This document shows, one piece after another, positions 22,701-35,898 of a DNA stretch of 64,000 nucleotides (positions within the stretch are counted from its first letter, which is position 1; each line of letters opens with the position of its first letter). This DNA comes from Eledone cirrhosa (Eukaryota). Under the pieces are notes generated by a model. The model saw nothing but the letters and a program-made list of their open reading frames with translations. It was not told where the DNA came from and searched no databases. A program made the translations under genes and the position numbers. The stretch is from assembly GCA_964016885.1 (NCBI GenBank), contig OZ024759.1, positions 27,156,001-27,220,000 on the forward strand, written 5' to 3'.

Positions 22701-24544
22701 GAGGAAACGAGAGTAGAGAGCGAGATGAAACAGGAGAGAGAGAGCGAGAAGAAACGAGCGGGAGAGAGAGATGAAACGAGAGAGCGAGAGAGAGATGAAA
22801 CGAGGGAGATAGAGATGAAACGAGAGAGAGGAAGAGAGAGATGGAACGAGAGAGAGGAAGACAGAGATGAAACGAGAGAGAGAGAGAGCGAGATAAAACG
22901 AGACAGAGAGAGCGCGAGATGAAACGAGAGAGAGAGAGCGCGAGATGAAACGACAGAGAGAGAGACAGATGAAAGGAGGGAGATAGAGATGAAACGAGAG
23001 AGAGGATGAGAGAGATGGAACGAGAGAGAGGAAGAGAGAGATGGAACGAGAGAGAGGAAGACAGAGATGAAACGAGAGAGAGAGCAAGATGAAACGAGAG
23101 AGAGAGAGCGCAAGATGAAACGAGAGAGAGAGAGCGCGAGATGAAACTCTGTCATGTAATGTTATTGACATATCTGTCCCTGTGGCTAATAATTGTCATG
23201 TAATGTTATGGTCATCTCTGCCCCTGTGGCTAATAATTCTGTCATGTAATGTTATGGACATCTCTGCCCTTGTGGCTAATAATTCTGAGATATATTAAAC
23301 AAGTGAGGGATTAGAGTGTTGAAACAAGAGAGAGAGAGCGAGAAGAAATGAGAGAGTGAGAGCGGGATGAAATGAGAGAGAGAGAGCGAGATGAAACGGG
23401 AGGGAGAGAGAGATGAAACGAGAGAGAGAGGAAACGAGAGAGAGAGGAAACGAGAGTAGAGAGCGAGATGAAACAAGAGAGAGAGAGAGCGAGATGAAAC
23501 AGGAGAGAGAGAGCGAGATGAAACGAGAGGGAGAGAGAGATGAAACGAGAGAGCGAGAGAGAGATGAAACAAGGGAGATAGAGATGAAACGAGAGAGAGG
23601 AAGAGAGAGATGGAACGAGAGAGAGGAAGAGAGAGATGGCACGAGAGAGAGGAAGACAGAGATGAAACGAGAGAGAGAGAGCGAGATGAAACGAGAGAGA
23701 GAGAGCGCGACATGAAACGAGAGAGAGAGAGCGCTAGATGAAACGACAGAGAGCGAGACAGATGAAAGAAGGGAGATAGAGATGAAACGAGAGAGAGGAA
23801 GAGAGAGATGGAACGAGAGAGAGGAAGACAGAGATGAAACGAGAGAGAGAGAGAGCAAGATGAAACGAGAGAGAGAGAGAGCGCAAGATGAAACGAGAGA
23901 GAGGAAGAGAGAGATGGAACGAGAGAGAGGAAGAGAGAGATGGCACGAGAGAGAGGAAGACAGAGATGAAACGAGAGAGAGAGAGCGAGATGAAACGAGA
24001 GAGAGAGAGCGCAAGATGAAACGAGAGAGAGAGAGCGCGAGATGAAACGACAGAGAGAGAGACAGATGAAAGAACGGAGATAGAGATGAAACGAGAGAGA
24101 GGAAGAAAGAGATGGAACGAGAGAGAGGAAGAGAGAGATGGAACGAGAGAGAGGAAGACAGAGATGAAACGAGAGAGAGAGCGAGATGAAACGAGAGAGA
24201 GGAAGACAGAGATGAATCGAGAGAGAGGGAGAGCGAGATGAAACGAGAGAGAGAGCGCGCAAGATGAAACTCTGTCATGTAATGTTATTGACATATCTGC
24301 CCCTGTGGCTAATAATTGTCATGTAATGTTATGGTCATCTCTGCCCCTGTGGCTAATAATTCTGTCATGTAATGTTATGGACATCTCTGCCCCTGTGGCT
24401 AATAATTCTGACATGTAATGTTATGGACATCTCTGCCCTTGTGGCTAATAAATCTGACATGTAATGTTATGGAAATCTCTGCCCCTGTGGCTAATAATTC
24501 TGTCATGTAATGTTATGGAAATCTCTGCCCCTATGGCTAATAAA
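16715..24544 (-). repeat. Composite higher-order satellite, left arm (8 GA-rich blocks alternating with inverted 46-bp repeats)
   Basis: Reverse complement of the 46-bp unit (CATGTAATGTTATGGACATCTCTGCCCCTGTGGCTAATAATTCTG) alternating with GAGATGAAACGAGAGAG blocks. Confidence 0.95.
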
Positions 24545-27500
24545 TCAGAATTATTAGCCACAGGGGCAGAGATGTCCATAACATTACATGTCAGAATTAT
24601 TAGCCACAGGGGCAGAGATGTCCATAACATTACATGACAGATTTATTAGCCACAGGGGCAGAGATGTCCATAACATTACATGTCAGATTTATTAGCCACA
24701 GGGGCAGAGATGTCCATAACATTACATGTCAAAATTATTAGCCACAGGGGCAGAGATGTCCATAACATTACATGACAGATTTATTAGCCACAGGGGCAGA
24801 GATGTCCATAACATTACATGACAGAATTATTAGCCACAGGGGCAGAGATGTCCATAACATTACATGACAGAATTATTAGCCACAGGGGCAGAGATTTCCA
24901 TAACATTACATGACAATTATTAGCCCCAAGGGCAGATATGTCCATAACATTACATGACAGACTTTCATCTCGCGCTCTCTCTCTCGTTTCATCTCACGCT
25001 CTCTCTCTTCCTCTCTCTCGTTTCATCTCGCGTTCTCTCTCTTCCTCTCTCTCGTTTCATCTCGCTCTCTCTCTCGTTTCATCTCTGTCTTCCTCTCTCT
25101 CGTTCCATCTCTCTCTTCCTCTCTCTCGTTCCATCTCTCTCTTCCTCTCTCTCGTTTCATCTCTCTCTCTCGTTTCATCTCTATCTCCCTCGTTTCATCT
25201 GTCTCTCTCTCTGTCGTTTCATCTCCCTCTATCTCTCTCTCGCTCTCTCGTTTCATCTCTCTCTCCCTCTCGTTTCATCTCGCTCTCTCTCTCCTGTTTC
25301 ATCTCGCTCTCTCTCTCCTGTTTCATCTCGCTCTCTACTCTCGTTTCCTCTCTCTCGTATCCTCTCTCTCGTTTCCTCTCTCTCTCGTTTCCTCTCTCTC
25401 TCGTTTCCTCTAGCTCTCACTCTCTCGTTTCATCTCGCTCTCTCTCTCTCATTTCATCTCGCTCTCTCTCTCTCGTTTCATATCGCTCTCACTCTCTCAT
25501 TTCATCTCGCTCTCTCTCTCTCGTTTGATCTCGCTCTCACTCTCTCTTCCTCTCTCTCTCTTGTTTCAACACTCTAATCCCTCACTTGTTTCATCTCTCT
25601 CTTATCCCTCACTTGTTTCATCTCTCTCAGAATTATTAGCCACAGGGGCAGAGATATCCATAACATTACATGTCAGAATTATTAGCCACAGGGGCAGAGA
25701 TGTCCATAACATTACATGACAGATTTATTAGCCACAGGGGCGGAGATGTCCATAACATTACATGACGAATTTATTAGCCACAGGGGCAGAGATGTCCATA
25801 ACATTACATGACAGAATTATTAGCCACAGGGGCAGAGATGTCCATAACATTACATGACAGAATTATTTGCCACAGGGGCAGAGATGTACATAACATTACA
25901 TGACAATTATTAGCCCCAAGGGCAGATATGTCCATAACATTACATGACAATTATTAGCCCCAAGGGCAGATATTTCCATAACATTACATGACAGACTTTC
26001 ATCTCGCGCTCTCTCTCTTCCTCTCTCTCGTTTCATCTCGCTCTCTCTCTCTCGTTTCATCTCGCTCTCTCTCTCTCTCGTTTCATCTCGCGCTCTCTCT
26101 CTTCCTCTCTCTCGTTTCATCTCGCTCTCTCTCTCGTTTCATATCTGTCTTCCTCTCTCTCGTTCCATCTCTCTATTCCTCTCTCTCTCGTTTCATCTAG
26201 CTATCACTCTCCCGTTTCATCTCCCTCTATCTCTCTCTCGCTCTCTCGTTTCATCTCTCCCTCCCTCTCATTTCATCTCGCTCTCTCTCTCCGGTTTCAT
26301 CTCGCTCTCTCTCTCTCCTGTTTCATCTTGCTCTCTACTCTCGTTTCCTCTCTCTCGTTTCCTCTCTCTCGTTTCCTCTATCTCTCGTTTCCTCTCTCTC
26401 TCGTTTCATCTAGCTCTCACTCCCTCGTTTCATCTCGCTCTCTCTGACTCGTTCCATCTCGCTCTCACTCTCTCGTTTCATCTCGCTCTCTCTCTCTCAT
26501 TTCATCTCGCTCTCTCTCTCTCATTTCATCTCGATCTCTCTGTCTCGTTTCATCCCGCTCTCTCTGTCTCGTTTCATCTCGCTCTCTCTCTCTCATTTCA
26601 TCTCGCTCTCTCTCTCTCATTTCATCTCGCTCTCTCTCTCTCTCTCGTTTCATCTCACTCTCAATCTCTCATTTCATCTCGCTCTCTCTCTCTCATTTCA
26701 TCTCGCGCTCTCTCTCTTCCTCTCTCTCGTTTCATCTCGCTCTCTCTCTCTTCCTCTCTCTCGTTTCATCTCGCTCTCTCTCTCTCGTTTCATCTTGCGC
26801 TCTCTCTCTTCCTCTCTCTCGTTTCATCTCGCGCTCTCTCTCTTCCTCTCTCTCGTTTCATCTTGCTCTCTCCCTCTCTCGTTTCATCTCGCGTTCTCTC
26901 TCTTCCTCTCTCTCGTTTCATCTCTGTCTTCCTCTCTCTCGTTCCATCTCTCTCTTCCTCTCTCTCGTTCCATCTCTCTCTTCCTCTCTCTCGTTTCATC
27001 TCTCTCTCTCGTTTCATCTCTATCTCCCTCGTTTCATCTGTCTCTCTCTCTGTCGTTTCATCTCCCTCTATCTCTCTCTCGCTCTCTCGTTTCATCTCTC
27101 TCTCCCTCTCGTTTCATCTCGCTCTCTCTCTCCTGTTTCATCTCGCTCTCTCTCTCCTGTTTCATCTCGCTCTCTACTCTCGTTTCCTCTCTCTCGTATC
27201 CTCTCTCTCGTTTCCTCTCTCTCTCGTTTCCTCTCTCTCTCGTTTCCTCTAGCTCTCACTCTCTCATTTCATCTCGCTCTCTCTCTCTCGTTTCATCTCG
27301 CTCTAATCTGTCTCGTTTCATTTCGCTCTCTCTCTCTCTCGTTTCATTTCGCTCTCTCTGTCTCGTTTCATCTCGCTCTCTCTCTCTCATTTCAACTCGC
27401 TCTCTCTCTCTCATTTCATCTCGCTCTCTCTCTCTCGTTTCATATCGCTCTCACTCTCTCATTGCATCTCGCTCTCTCTCTCTCGTTTGATCTCGCTCTC

Positions 27501-30500
27501 ACTCTCTCTTCCTCTCTCTCTCTTGTTTCAACACTCTAATCCCTCACTTGTTTCATCTCTCTCTTATCCCTCACTTGTTTCATCTCTCTCAGAATTATTA
27601 GCCACAGGGGCAGAGATATCCATAACATTACATGTCAGAATTATTAGCCACAGGGGCAGAGATGTCCATAACATTACATGACAGATTTATTAGCCACAGG
27701 GGCGGAGATGTCCATAACATTACATGACGAATTTATTAGCCACAGGGGCAGAGATGTCCATAACATTACATGACAGAATTATTAGCCACAGGGGCAGAGA
27801 TGTCCATAACATTACATGACAGAATTATTTGCCACAGGGGCAGAGATGTACATAACATTACATGACAATTATTAGCCCCAAGGGCAGATATGTCCATAAC
27901 ATTACATGACAATTATTAGCCCCAAGGGCAGATATGTCCATAACATTACATGACAGACTTTCATCTCGCGCTCTCTCTCTTCCTCTCTCTCGTTTCATCT
28001 CGCTCTCTCTCTCTCGTTTCATCTCGCTCTCTCTCTCTCTCGTTTCATCTCGCGCTCTCTCTCTTCCTCTCTCTCGTTTCATCTCGCTCTCTCTCTCTCT
28101 CGTTTCATATCTCTCTTCCTCTCTCTCGTTCCATCTCTCTATTCCTCTCTCTCTCGTTTCATCTAGCTATCACTCTCTCGTTTCATCTCCCTCTATCTCT
28201 CTCTCGCTCTCACGTTTCATCTCTCCCTCCCTCTCATTTCATCTCGCTCTCTCTCTCCGGTTTCATCTCGCTCTCTCTCTCTCCTGTTTCATCTTGCTCT
28301 CTACTCTCGTTTCCTCTCTCTCGTTTCCTCTCTCTCGTTTCCTCTCTCTCGTTTCCTCTCTCTCTCATTTCCTCTCTCTCTTGTTTCATCTAGCTCTCAC
28401 TCTCTCGTTTCATCTCGCTCTCTCTGACTCGTTCCATCTCGCTCTCACTCTCTCGTTTCATCTCGCTCTCTCTCTCTCATTTCATCTCGCTCTCTCTCTC
28501 TCATTTCATCTCGATCTCTCTGTCTCGTTTCATCCCGCTCTCTCTGTCTCGTTTCATCTCGCTCTCTCTCTCTCATTTCATCTCGCTCTCTCTCTCTCAT
28601 TTCATCTCGCTCTCTCTCTCTCTCTCGTTTCATCTCACTCTCAATCTCTCATTTCATCTCGCTCTCTCTCTCTCATTTCATCTCGCGCTCTCTCTCTTCC
28701 TCTCTCTCGTTTCATCTCGCGCTCTCTCTCTTCCTCTCTCTCATTTCATCTCGCTCTCTCTCTCTCGTTTCATCTTGCGCTCTCTCTCTTCCTCTCTCGT
28801 TTCATCTCGCTCTCTCTCTCTCATTTCATCTCGATCTCTCTGTCTCGTTTCATCCCGCTCTCTCTGTCTCGTTTCATCTCGCTCTCTCTCTCTCATTTCA
28901 TCTCGCTCTCTCTCTCTCATTTCATCTCGCGCTCTCTCTCTTCCTCTCTCTCGTTTCATCTCGCGCTCTCTCTCTTCCTCTCTCTCGTTTCATCTCGCTC
29001 TCTCTCTCTCTCTCGTTTCATCTTGCGCTCTCTCTCTTCCTCTCTCTCGTTTCATCTCGATCTCTCTCTGTCTCGTTTCATCTCTGTCTTCCTCTCGCTC
29101 GTTCCATCTCTCTCTTCCTCTCTCTCGTTCCATCTCTCTCTTCCTCTCTCTCGTTTCATCTCTCTCTCTCGTTTCATCTCTGTCTTCCTCTCTCTCGTTC
29201 CATCTCCCTCTTCCTCTCTCTCGTTACATCTCTCTCTTCCTCTCTCTCGTTTCATCTCTCTCTCTCGTTTCATCTCTATCTCCCGCGTTTCATCTGTCTC
29301 TCTCTCTGTCGTTTCATCTCCCTCTATCTCTCTCTCGCTCTCTCGTTTCATCTCTCTCTCCCTCTCGTTTCATCTCGCTCTCTCTCTCCTGTTTCATCTC
29401 GCTCTCTCTCTCCTGTTTCATCTCGCTCTCTACTCTCGTTTCCTCTCTCTCGTTTCGTCTCTCTCGTTTCCTCTCTCTCTCGTTTCATCTAGCTCTCCCA
29501 CTCTCGTTTCATCTCGCTCTCTCTGTCTCGTTCCATCTCGCTCTCACTCTCTCGTTTCATCTCGCTCTCTCTCTCTCATTTCATCTCGCTCTCTCTCTCT
29601 CATTTCATCTCGCGCTCTCTCTCTCGTTTCATCTCGCTCTCTCTGTCTCGTTTCATCTCGCTCTCGCTCTCTCTGTCTCGTTTCATCCCGCTCTCTCTCT
29701 CTCATTTCATCTCGCTCTCTCTCTCTCTCATTTCATCTCGCTCTCTCTCTCTCTCTCGTTTCATCTCGCTCTCACTCTCTCATTTCATCTCGCTCTCTCT
29801 CGTTTGATTTCGCTCTCACTCTCTCTTCCTCTCTCTCTCTTGTTTCAACACTCTAATCCCTCACTTGTTTCATCTCTCTCAGAATTATTAGCCACAGGGG
29901 CAGAGATGTCCATAACATTACATGTCAGAATTATTAGCCACAGGGGCAGAGATGTCCATAACATTACATGACAGATTTATTAGCCACAGGGGCAGAGATG
30001 TCCATAACATTACATGACGAATTTATTAGCCACAGGGGCAGAGATGTCCATAACATTACATGTCAGAATTATTAGCTACAGGGGCAGAGATGTCCATAAC
30101 ATTACATGTCAGAATTATTAGCCACAGGGGCAGAGATGTCCATAACATTACATGACAGATTTATTAGCCACAGGGGCAGAGATGTCCGTAACATTAAATG
30201 ACAGATTTATTAGCCACAGGGGCAGAGATTCCATAACATTACATGTCAGAATTATTAGCCACAGGGGCAGAGATTTCCATAACATTACATGACAGAATTA
30301 TTAGCCACAGGGGCAGAGATGTCCATAACATTACATGACAGAATTATTAGCCACAGGGGCAGAGATGTCCATAACATTACATGACAATTATTAGCCCCAG
30401 GGGCAGATATGTCCATGACAGAGTTTCATCTCTCGCTCTCTCTCTTCCTCTCTCTCGTTTCATCTCGCTCTCTCTCTCGTTTCATCTCGCTCTCTCTCTC

Positions 30501-31665
30501 TCTCGTTTCACCTCTGTCTTCTTCTCTCTCGTTTCATCTCTCTCTTCCTCTCTCTCGTTCTATCTCTCTCTTCCTCTCTCTCGTTTCATCTCTCTCTCTC
30601 GTTTCATCTCTATATCCCTCGTTTCATCTGTCTCTCTCTCTGTCGTTTCATTTCCCTCTATCTCTCTCTCGCTCTCTCGTTTCATCTCTCTCTCCCTCTC
30701 GTTTCATCTCGCTCTCTCTCTCCTGTTTCATCTCGATCTCTCTCTCCTGTTTCATCTCGCTCTCTACTCACGTTTCCTCTCTCTCGTTTCCTCTCTTTCT
30801 CGTTTCATCTCTCTCTCGTTTCATCTCTCTATGTCTCATTTCATCTCGCTCTCTCTCTCTCTCATTTCATCTCGTTCTCTCTCTCTCTCATTTCATCTCG
30901 CTCTCACTCTCTCGTTTCATCTCGCTCTCTCACTCTCGTTTCATCTCGCACTCTCTCTCTCGTTTCATCTCTCTCTCTCTCTCTCTCTCATTTCATCTCG
31001 CTCTCTGTCTCGTGTCATCTCGCTCTCTCTGTCTCTCGTTTCATCTCGCTCTCACTCTCTCGTTTCATCTCACTCTAACTCTCTCATTTCATCTCGCTCT
31101 CCCTGTCTCGTTTCATCTCGCTCCCACTCTCTCATTTCATCTCACTCTCTTTCTCTCATTTCATCTCGCTCTCTCGCTCTTGTTTCAACACTCTAATCCC
31201 TCACTTGTTTCATCTCTCTCTAATCCCTCACTTGTTTCATCTCTCTCTTGTTTCAATTCTTTCTCTCTCTCTCTCTCTCACTCTCTCTCTTTCTCTCTCT
31301 CTCTTTCTATCCCCTCTCTCTTTCTCTCCCCTCTCTCTGTTGTTTCATCCCTCACCCTCTTGTTTCATCCCCTTCTCTCCCTCTCTCTCTCTTCCCCTCT
31401 ATCTCTATTCCTCTCTCTCATCCCCTCTCTCTCTCTTCCTCTCTCTCTCTCTCTTCCTCTCTCCCCTCACCCTCTTGTTTCAACTCTCTCCTCGTTTCAA
31501 CTCTCTCCTCGTTTCAACTCTCTCCTCGTTTCAACTCTCTCCTCGTTTCAACTCTCTCTCTCTCCTCTCGTTTCAACTCTCTCTCTCTCCTCGTGTTTCA
31601 ACCATCTCCTCTCTTGTTTCAACTCTCTCACCTCTCGTTTCAACTCTCTCTCTCTCTGTGTCTCC
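24545..31665 (+). repeat. Composite higher-order satellite, right arm (4 CT-rich blocks alternating with 46-bp repeats)
   Basis: Forward orientation after the junction at 24544-24550; contains a ~1.96-kb internal repeat (25525 vs 27487). Confidence 0.95.
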
Positions 31666-32585
31666 AATGTGTATACCGATATATATACCGAAGAATGTAC
31701 ATAAACACACATGCATACACGCATGTGTATATATATATACATACATGTGTCTCTCTCTCTCCCTATATATATGTACATATGTGTAAATATGTACATACAT
31801 ATTAGTGTATATATATTGCTATCTATATGCATATTTGTATTAATTATACTGTATGGTGAATTGGCAGTATCGGTAGAGGGTCTGACGCCATGCTTTCCAG
31901 CATAGTTACGTCCCTTTACGATCCGAGGTCAACTTTGCCTTTCATCCTTACGGGGTCGATAAAATAAAGTACCAGTAATGTACTGGTTAATTACTGACCT
32001 TGTGCCTAAAATAGAAACAATTATTAGTTCAAAGAGAAACCACCATCATAGAGAAACCACCGTCCTACCTGAAATATTATGTTATCATATTAAATATTTC
32101 TTATACTGTCATGTTTTTTCTTTAAAACGATTGCATTTCAATAAAGTGAAGAAAACTATTATATACTGTTGTTATATCATTATACTTTAGTTTTAACTTA
32201 TTATTTCTATGTGTATAAATATAATGTATGTAAGTGTGTTTGAAAATATATAATAATAATATGCATGTTTGAAGCAGGGTTCAACTGAAATATCTACACC
32301 GGTAACTTAATTAGTGTTACACCTTAGGCATAAACTATTTGGCATTCTTTGAAGGAGGTACTAGGTTTTTCACTGTCTTAAATGGAGTATACACGCGCAC
32401 ACAATGCATATATATAAATTGTTTTTCTCTGTACAAAGAGATTGACATCATTTCTTAAATCATTATTTAGGGTTTTACAACAAAACATATTGTATGTGTA
32501 ATTATACAAATTGAATTTAAGTATTTATTTTAAAATTTTACATACACTTTAGTAGTATATATATATATATATATATATTCATTTG

Positions 32586-33330
32586 TGATGCCATGCATTG
32601 TATTGTACACTTCGACATATGAATTACGTTCATGCAACACTTCTCTTATCATAGCCATTTTTTGTGGTGAGCAGTCATTATTTGTTGGTACTAGGGCAGT
32701 GGATTGGCAGTATCGGTAGAGCGCCAGACACCATGCTTTACAGCATAGGGTTATGGCCATTTACGTTCTGGGTTCAAATCCCTCCAAGGTTGACTTTGTT
32801 TTCATCCTTATGAGGTCGATAGAATAAAGTACCAGTAATTGCTGGCCTTGTGCCAGAAACAATTATTTGGTTGTACTTCCAATCTGTGCTACACACCTTC
32901 GTTCCCATCAATAATATATAACTGGCCATATTGTGGTGTATTTTCTGCAGGTTACAGAGATGGGGGTGTAGTGATATGTTTGACCCTGAATATGAAAGCT
33001 ATACGGGCCTCTGCCGGGTGGTAACACCAAATGAAGTGAAATAAATGTAGTTTTAATTGCAGATGTTTCTGTGAAATCAACTGCTTCCTGGCCTCTTTCA
33101 AAGAGATTTCTCAGTCTCTCAGGGTATATTTGCAATGGTGGCAACACAACCTTTCCTTTATTACAACAGTTACAATTTTCATTTCTAAATTTCAAAGCTC
33201 CACAGTGATCACACGAAACATTCATATCACTAATATGAAATTCTTCTACATTTCCATTAATATTAATTGTTGGCCAATTTCTCTTACAACGCTCATTATC
33301 CATTCTTCTCTGTCTGAATGTTTTCCATTC
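32586..33330 (-). pseudogene. Additional copy of Helitron N-terminal region
   Basis: ORF 32908..33303 CDHCGALKF...CCNKGKVVLP; 30-bp deletion at ~33330. Confidence 0.88.
32693..32861 (+). mobile_element. SINE in Helitron (third copy)
   Basis: Copy of 6358-6526. Confidence 0.8.
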
Positions 33331-34918
33331 TGTTGTTTATTATGTAATTAAATAGCTCTGTACAATACATAGAGCATTCTTCTTTTCCTTACCTTTTCTA
33401 TGGAAATACAAGAACAAACATGTAAATATATATATATATGTATATACATAAACAAGACTGTTATTGCTCCAACCAGTCTATTTACCTTTGATAACTATCC
33501 TAAATATAAATACACCTATACCATACATACATATATCATATATGTTTTTGATGCCGTGGTATAGCAGAGATAAGCAAGAAGAGAAAAGAAAATGAAAAGG
33601 AGAAAAAAAAAGAAGTAAGAAGTCGGGGGAGGGACAGACACTTCACCCCAGTCTAAGTGGTCCCTCAGCCGCAACCTGTGGAAGAAACTTAAAAGCGTTA
33701 CCTCGGAGCAAGGCCAGAGACACCTGCTACAATAGTCGCCCCTCCTCATGAGGCTCCTGTCATCTTTCCTCCCGACTTTATGGAGGAAATCAGCAGTACA
33801 GGGACCAAGTATGGCAGAGGTCTCAATGGAGTGGAAGAGGTGAGTCAGGCCTTGGTACTATCTTACTATCCTCTGCATTGCGGGGTGTGGAGCCTAGGTT
33901 TGTGGCTGTAGCTATATTTGAACTTTTATATGAAATTTCAGTTTTATATTTTTCACATCATAAAACTTAATCTTAGTCTTTTGCAGCTCATCTTGTTTCA
34001 TCTCGCAGCACACGATTTGGGAACCACTGCTCTAGAGATAGAAAAAGTATATTTTATGCAGGGCTTCCCTGAGACATAAAAACTATTTCAAGAGATCGAC
34101 ATGGGTAGAAAGGTTGAGAAATGCTGCACAATGTTCTTTGGTTTTTGTTCACCTTTAAATAATCATGTATAAAATATCGGGTGTGCAAGATTTCATGAAA
34201 AGGTATAACATTTTTTATGCTGGTCTTGCAGGGACTAGCTCCAATTGAGAGTTGTACCAATTCCCACTAAACTCGAAACTCCTGGACAATATATACATAT
34301 CTTTATAAGTTCCTGTGTATTGTGTCGCTGTATAATGAAACATAAATATATACCATGCATGTCAGTCAGATTTGAACTCACTATATTTGGCGTTTTATAG
34401 ACATAATTTGTTTGTTAAAACAATTGATTAAATAATAACTAAATAAAATTAATTCTACAATCCTGGATAGGGAATGAACTTATAACTTCATAATAGAAGC
34501 CATCTATTCGAGCAGTATTGCCATCTAAGCCACCAGGTTACCTACAGAACTTCATTCAAATATAAAATATAAAATATATGCCAGACATAGTGAGTTCGAA
34601 TCTGACTGATTAGTTGGTCATTGTCCCAGCCAACAGTTTAAATCGCCAACCAGTAGGTGACATCGACTAGGTTGGGAAAACTTGGTTAAGTAGCTCCAGT
34701 TATTGCTACGTTAGACATATTCAAGACTTATCGACACCGAATGGAAGAAAGGTAAAGTTGAACTCAGAGTAAAGAACAGGAAAAATACTGCAAAGAATGC
34801 TATCTGATGTTCTAACAATTCTACCAAATTACCTTATGTATATATATTTATATCTAGAGATAAGAAGAAAACTGAAAGAAAGAAAAGAAAAAAAATGAGA
34901 CCTTATATGTAACCCATG

Positions 34919-35625
34919 TTACAACTCAATATATATATATTTGGGTTGTAACATATTCCCGCCGGTGAAATAAAAATTTTAATAGAAAAACGGCGGGAAT
35001 ATATGTTACAACCCAATCTATATATATTTGGGATGTAACATATATTCCCGCCGTTGAAATAAAAATTTTAATAGAAAAACGGCGGGAATATATGTTGCAA
35101 CCCAATCTATATATATTTGGGTTGTAACATATATTCCCGCCGTTGAAATAAAAATTTTAATAGAAATACGGCGGGAATATATGTTACAACCCAATCTATA
35201 TATGTTTGGGTTGTAACATATATTCCCGCCGTTTTTCTATTAAAATTTTTATTTCAACGGCGGGAATATATGTTACAACCCAAATATTTATAGATAGGGT
35301 TGTAACATATATTCCCGCCGTTTTTCTATTAAAATTTTTATTTCGACAGCGGGAATATGTTACAACCCAAATATATATAGATTGGGTTGTAACATATATT
35401 CCCGCCGTTTTTCTATTAAAATTTTTATTTCAACGGCGGGAATATATGTTACAACTCAAATATATATAGATTGGGTTGTAACATATATTCCCGCCGTTTT
35501 TCTATTAAAATATTTATTTCAACGGCGGGAATATATGTTACAACCCAAAAATATGTAGATTGGGTTGTAACATATATTCTCGCCGTTTTTCTATTAAAAT
35601 TTTTATTTCACCGGCGGGAATATAT
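34919..35625. mobile_element. Tandem array of eight ~78-bp mariner-like (MADE-type) MITEs, period ~89 bp, orientation flips mid-array
   Basis: Unit TTGGGTTGTAACATATATTCCCGCCGTT-AT-rich spacer-AACGGCGGGAATATATGTTACAACCCAA, separated by TA-rich linkers; starts at ~34941, 35028, 35117, 35206, 35296, 35382, 35471, 35560. Confidence 0.75.
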
Positions 35626-35682
35626 ACCCTGAGAGACTGAGAAATCTCTTTCAAAGAGATTTCTCAGTCTCTCAGGGTATAT
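35622..35682. repeat. Perfect palindrome, 30-bp arms with 1-nt centre
   Basis: ATATACCCTGAGAGACTGAGAAATCTCTTT-C-AAAGAGATTTCTCAGTCTCTCAGGGTATAT. Confidence 0.95.
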
Positions 35683-35898
35683 TTGCAATGGTGGCAACAC
35701 AACCTTTCCTTTTTTACAACAGTTACAATTTTCATTTCTAAATTTCAAAGCTCCACAGTGATCACACGAAACATTCATATCACTAATATGAAATTTTTCT
35801 ACATTTCCATTAATATTAATTGTTGGCCAATTTCTCTTACGACGCTCATTATCGATTCTTCTCTGTCTGAATGTTTTCCATTCTAAGTCTATTTGCAT
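35646..35898 (-). pseudogene. Truncated Helitron N-terminal copy ending in a snap-back hairpin
   Basis: ORF 35608..35898 matches the Helitron N-terminus up to RNLFER, then reads into the inverted copy. Confidence 0.85.

Noticed and set aside
16715-31665. 46-bp repeats alternating with variable blocks, superficially CRISPR-like
   Set aside because: Repeats are directly tandem, the intervening blocks are 0.6-1.9-kb homologous microsatellites rather than unique spacers, there are no cas genes, and the context is eukaryotic.
3939-31805. Dozens of long S/L/F-rich and R/E-rich ORFs (up to 640 aa, e.g. 27934..29856), also in 43171-63739
   Set aside because: They are translations of stop-poor (CT)n/(GA)n satellite, open in several frames at once, and frameshifted between copies.
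33625-33850. GC-richer segment ending in GAG|GTGAGT as a captured exon
   Set aside because: Stops occur in all three forward frames, no recognisable peptide is encoded, and ~107 bp is deleted in A; the evidence is insufficient.
34919-35625. Palindromic repeat array as a CRISPR
   Set aside because: The spacers are copies of each other and the repeats alternate in orientation.
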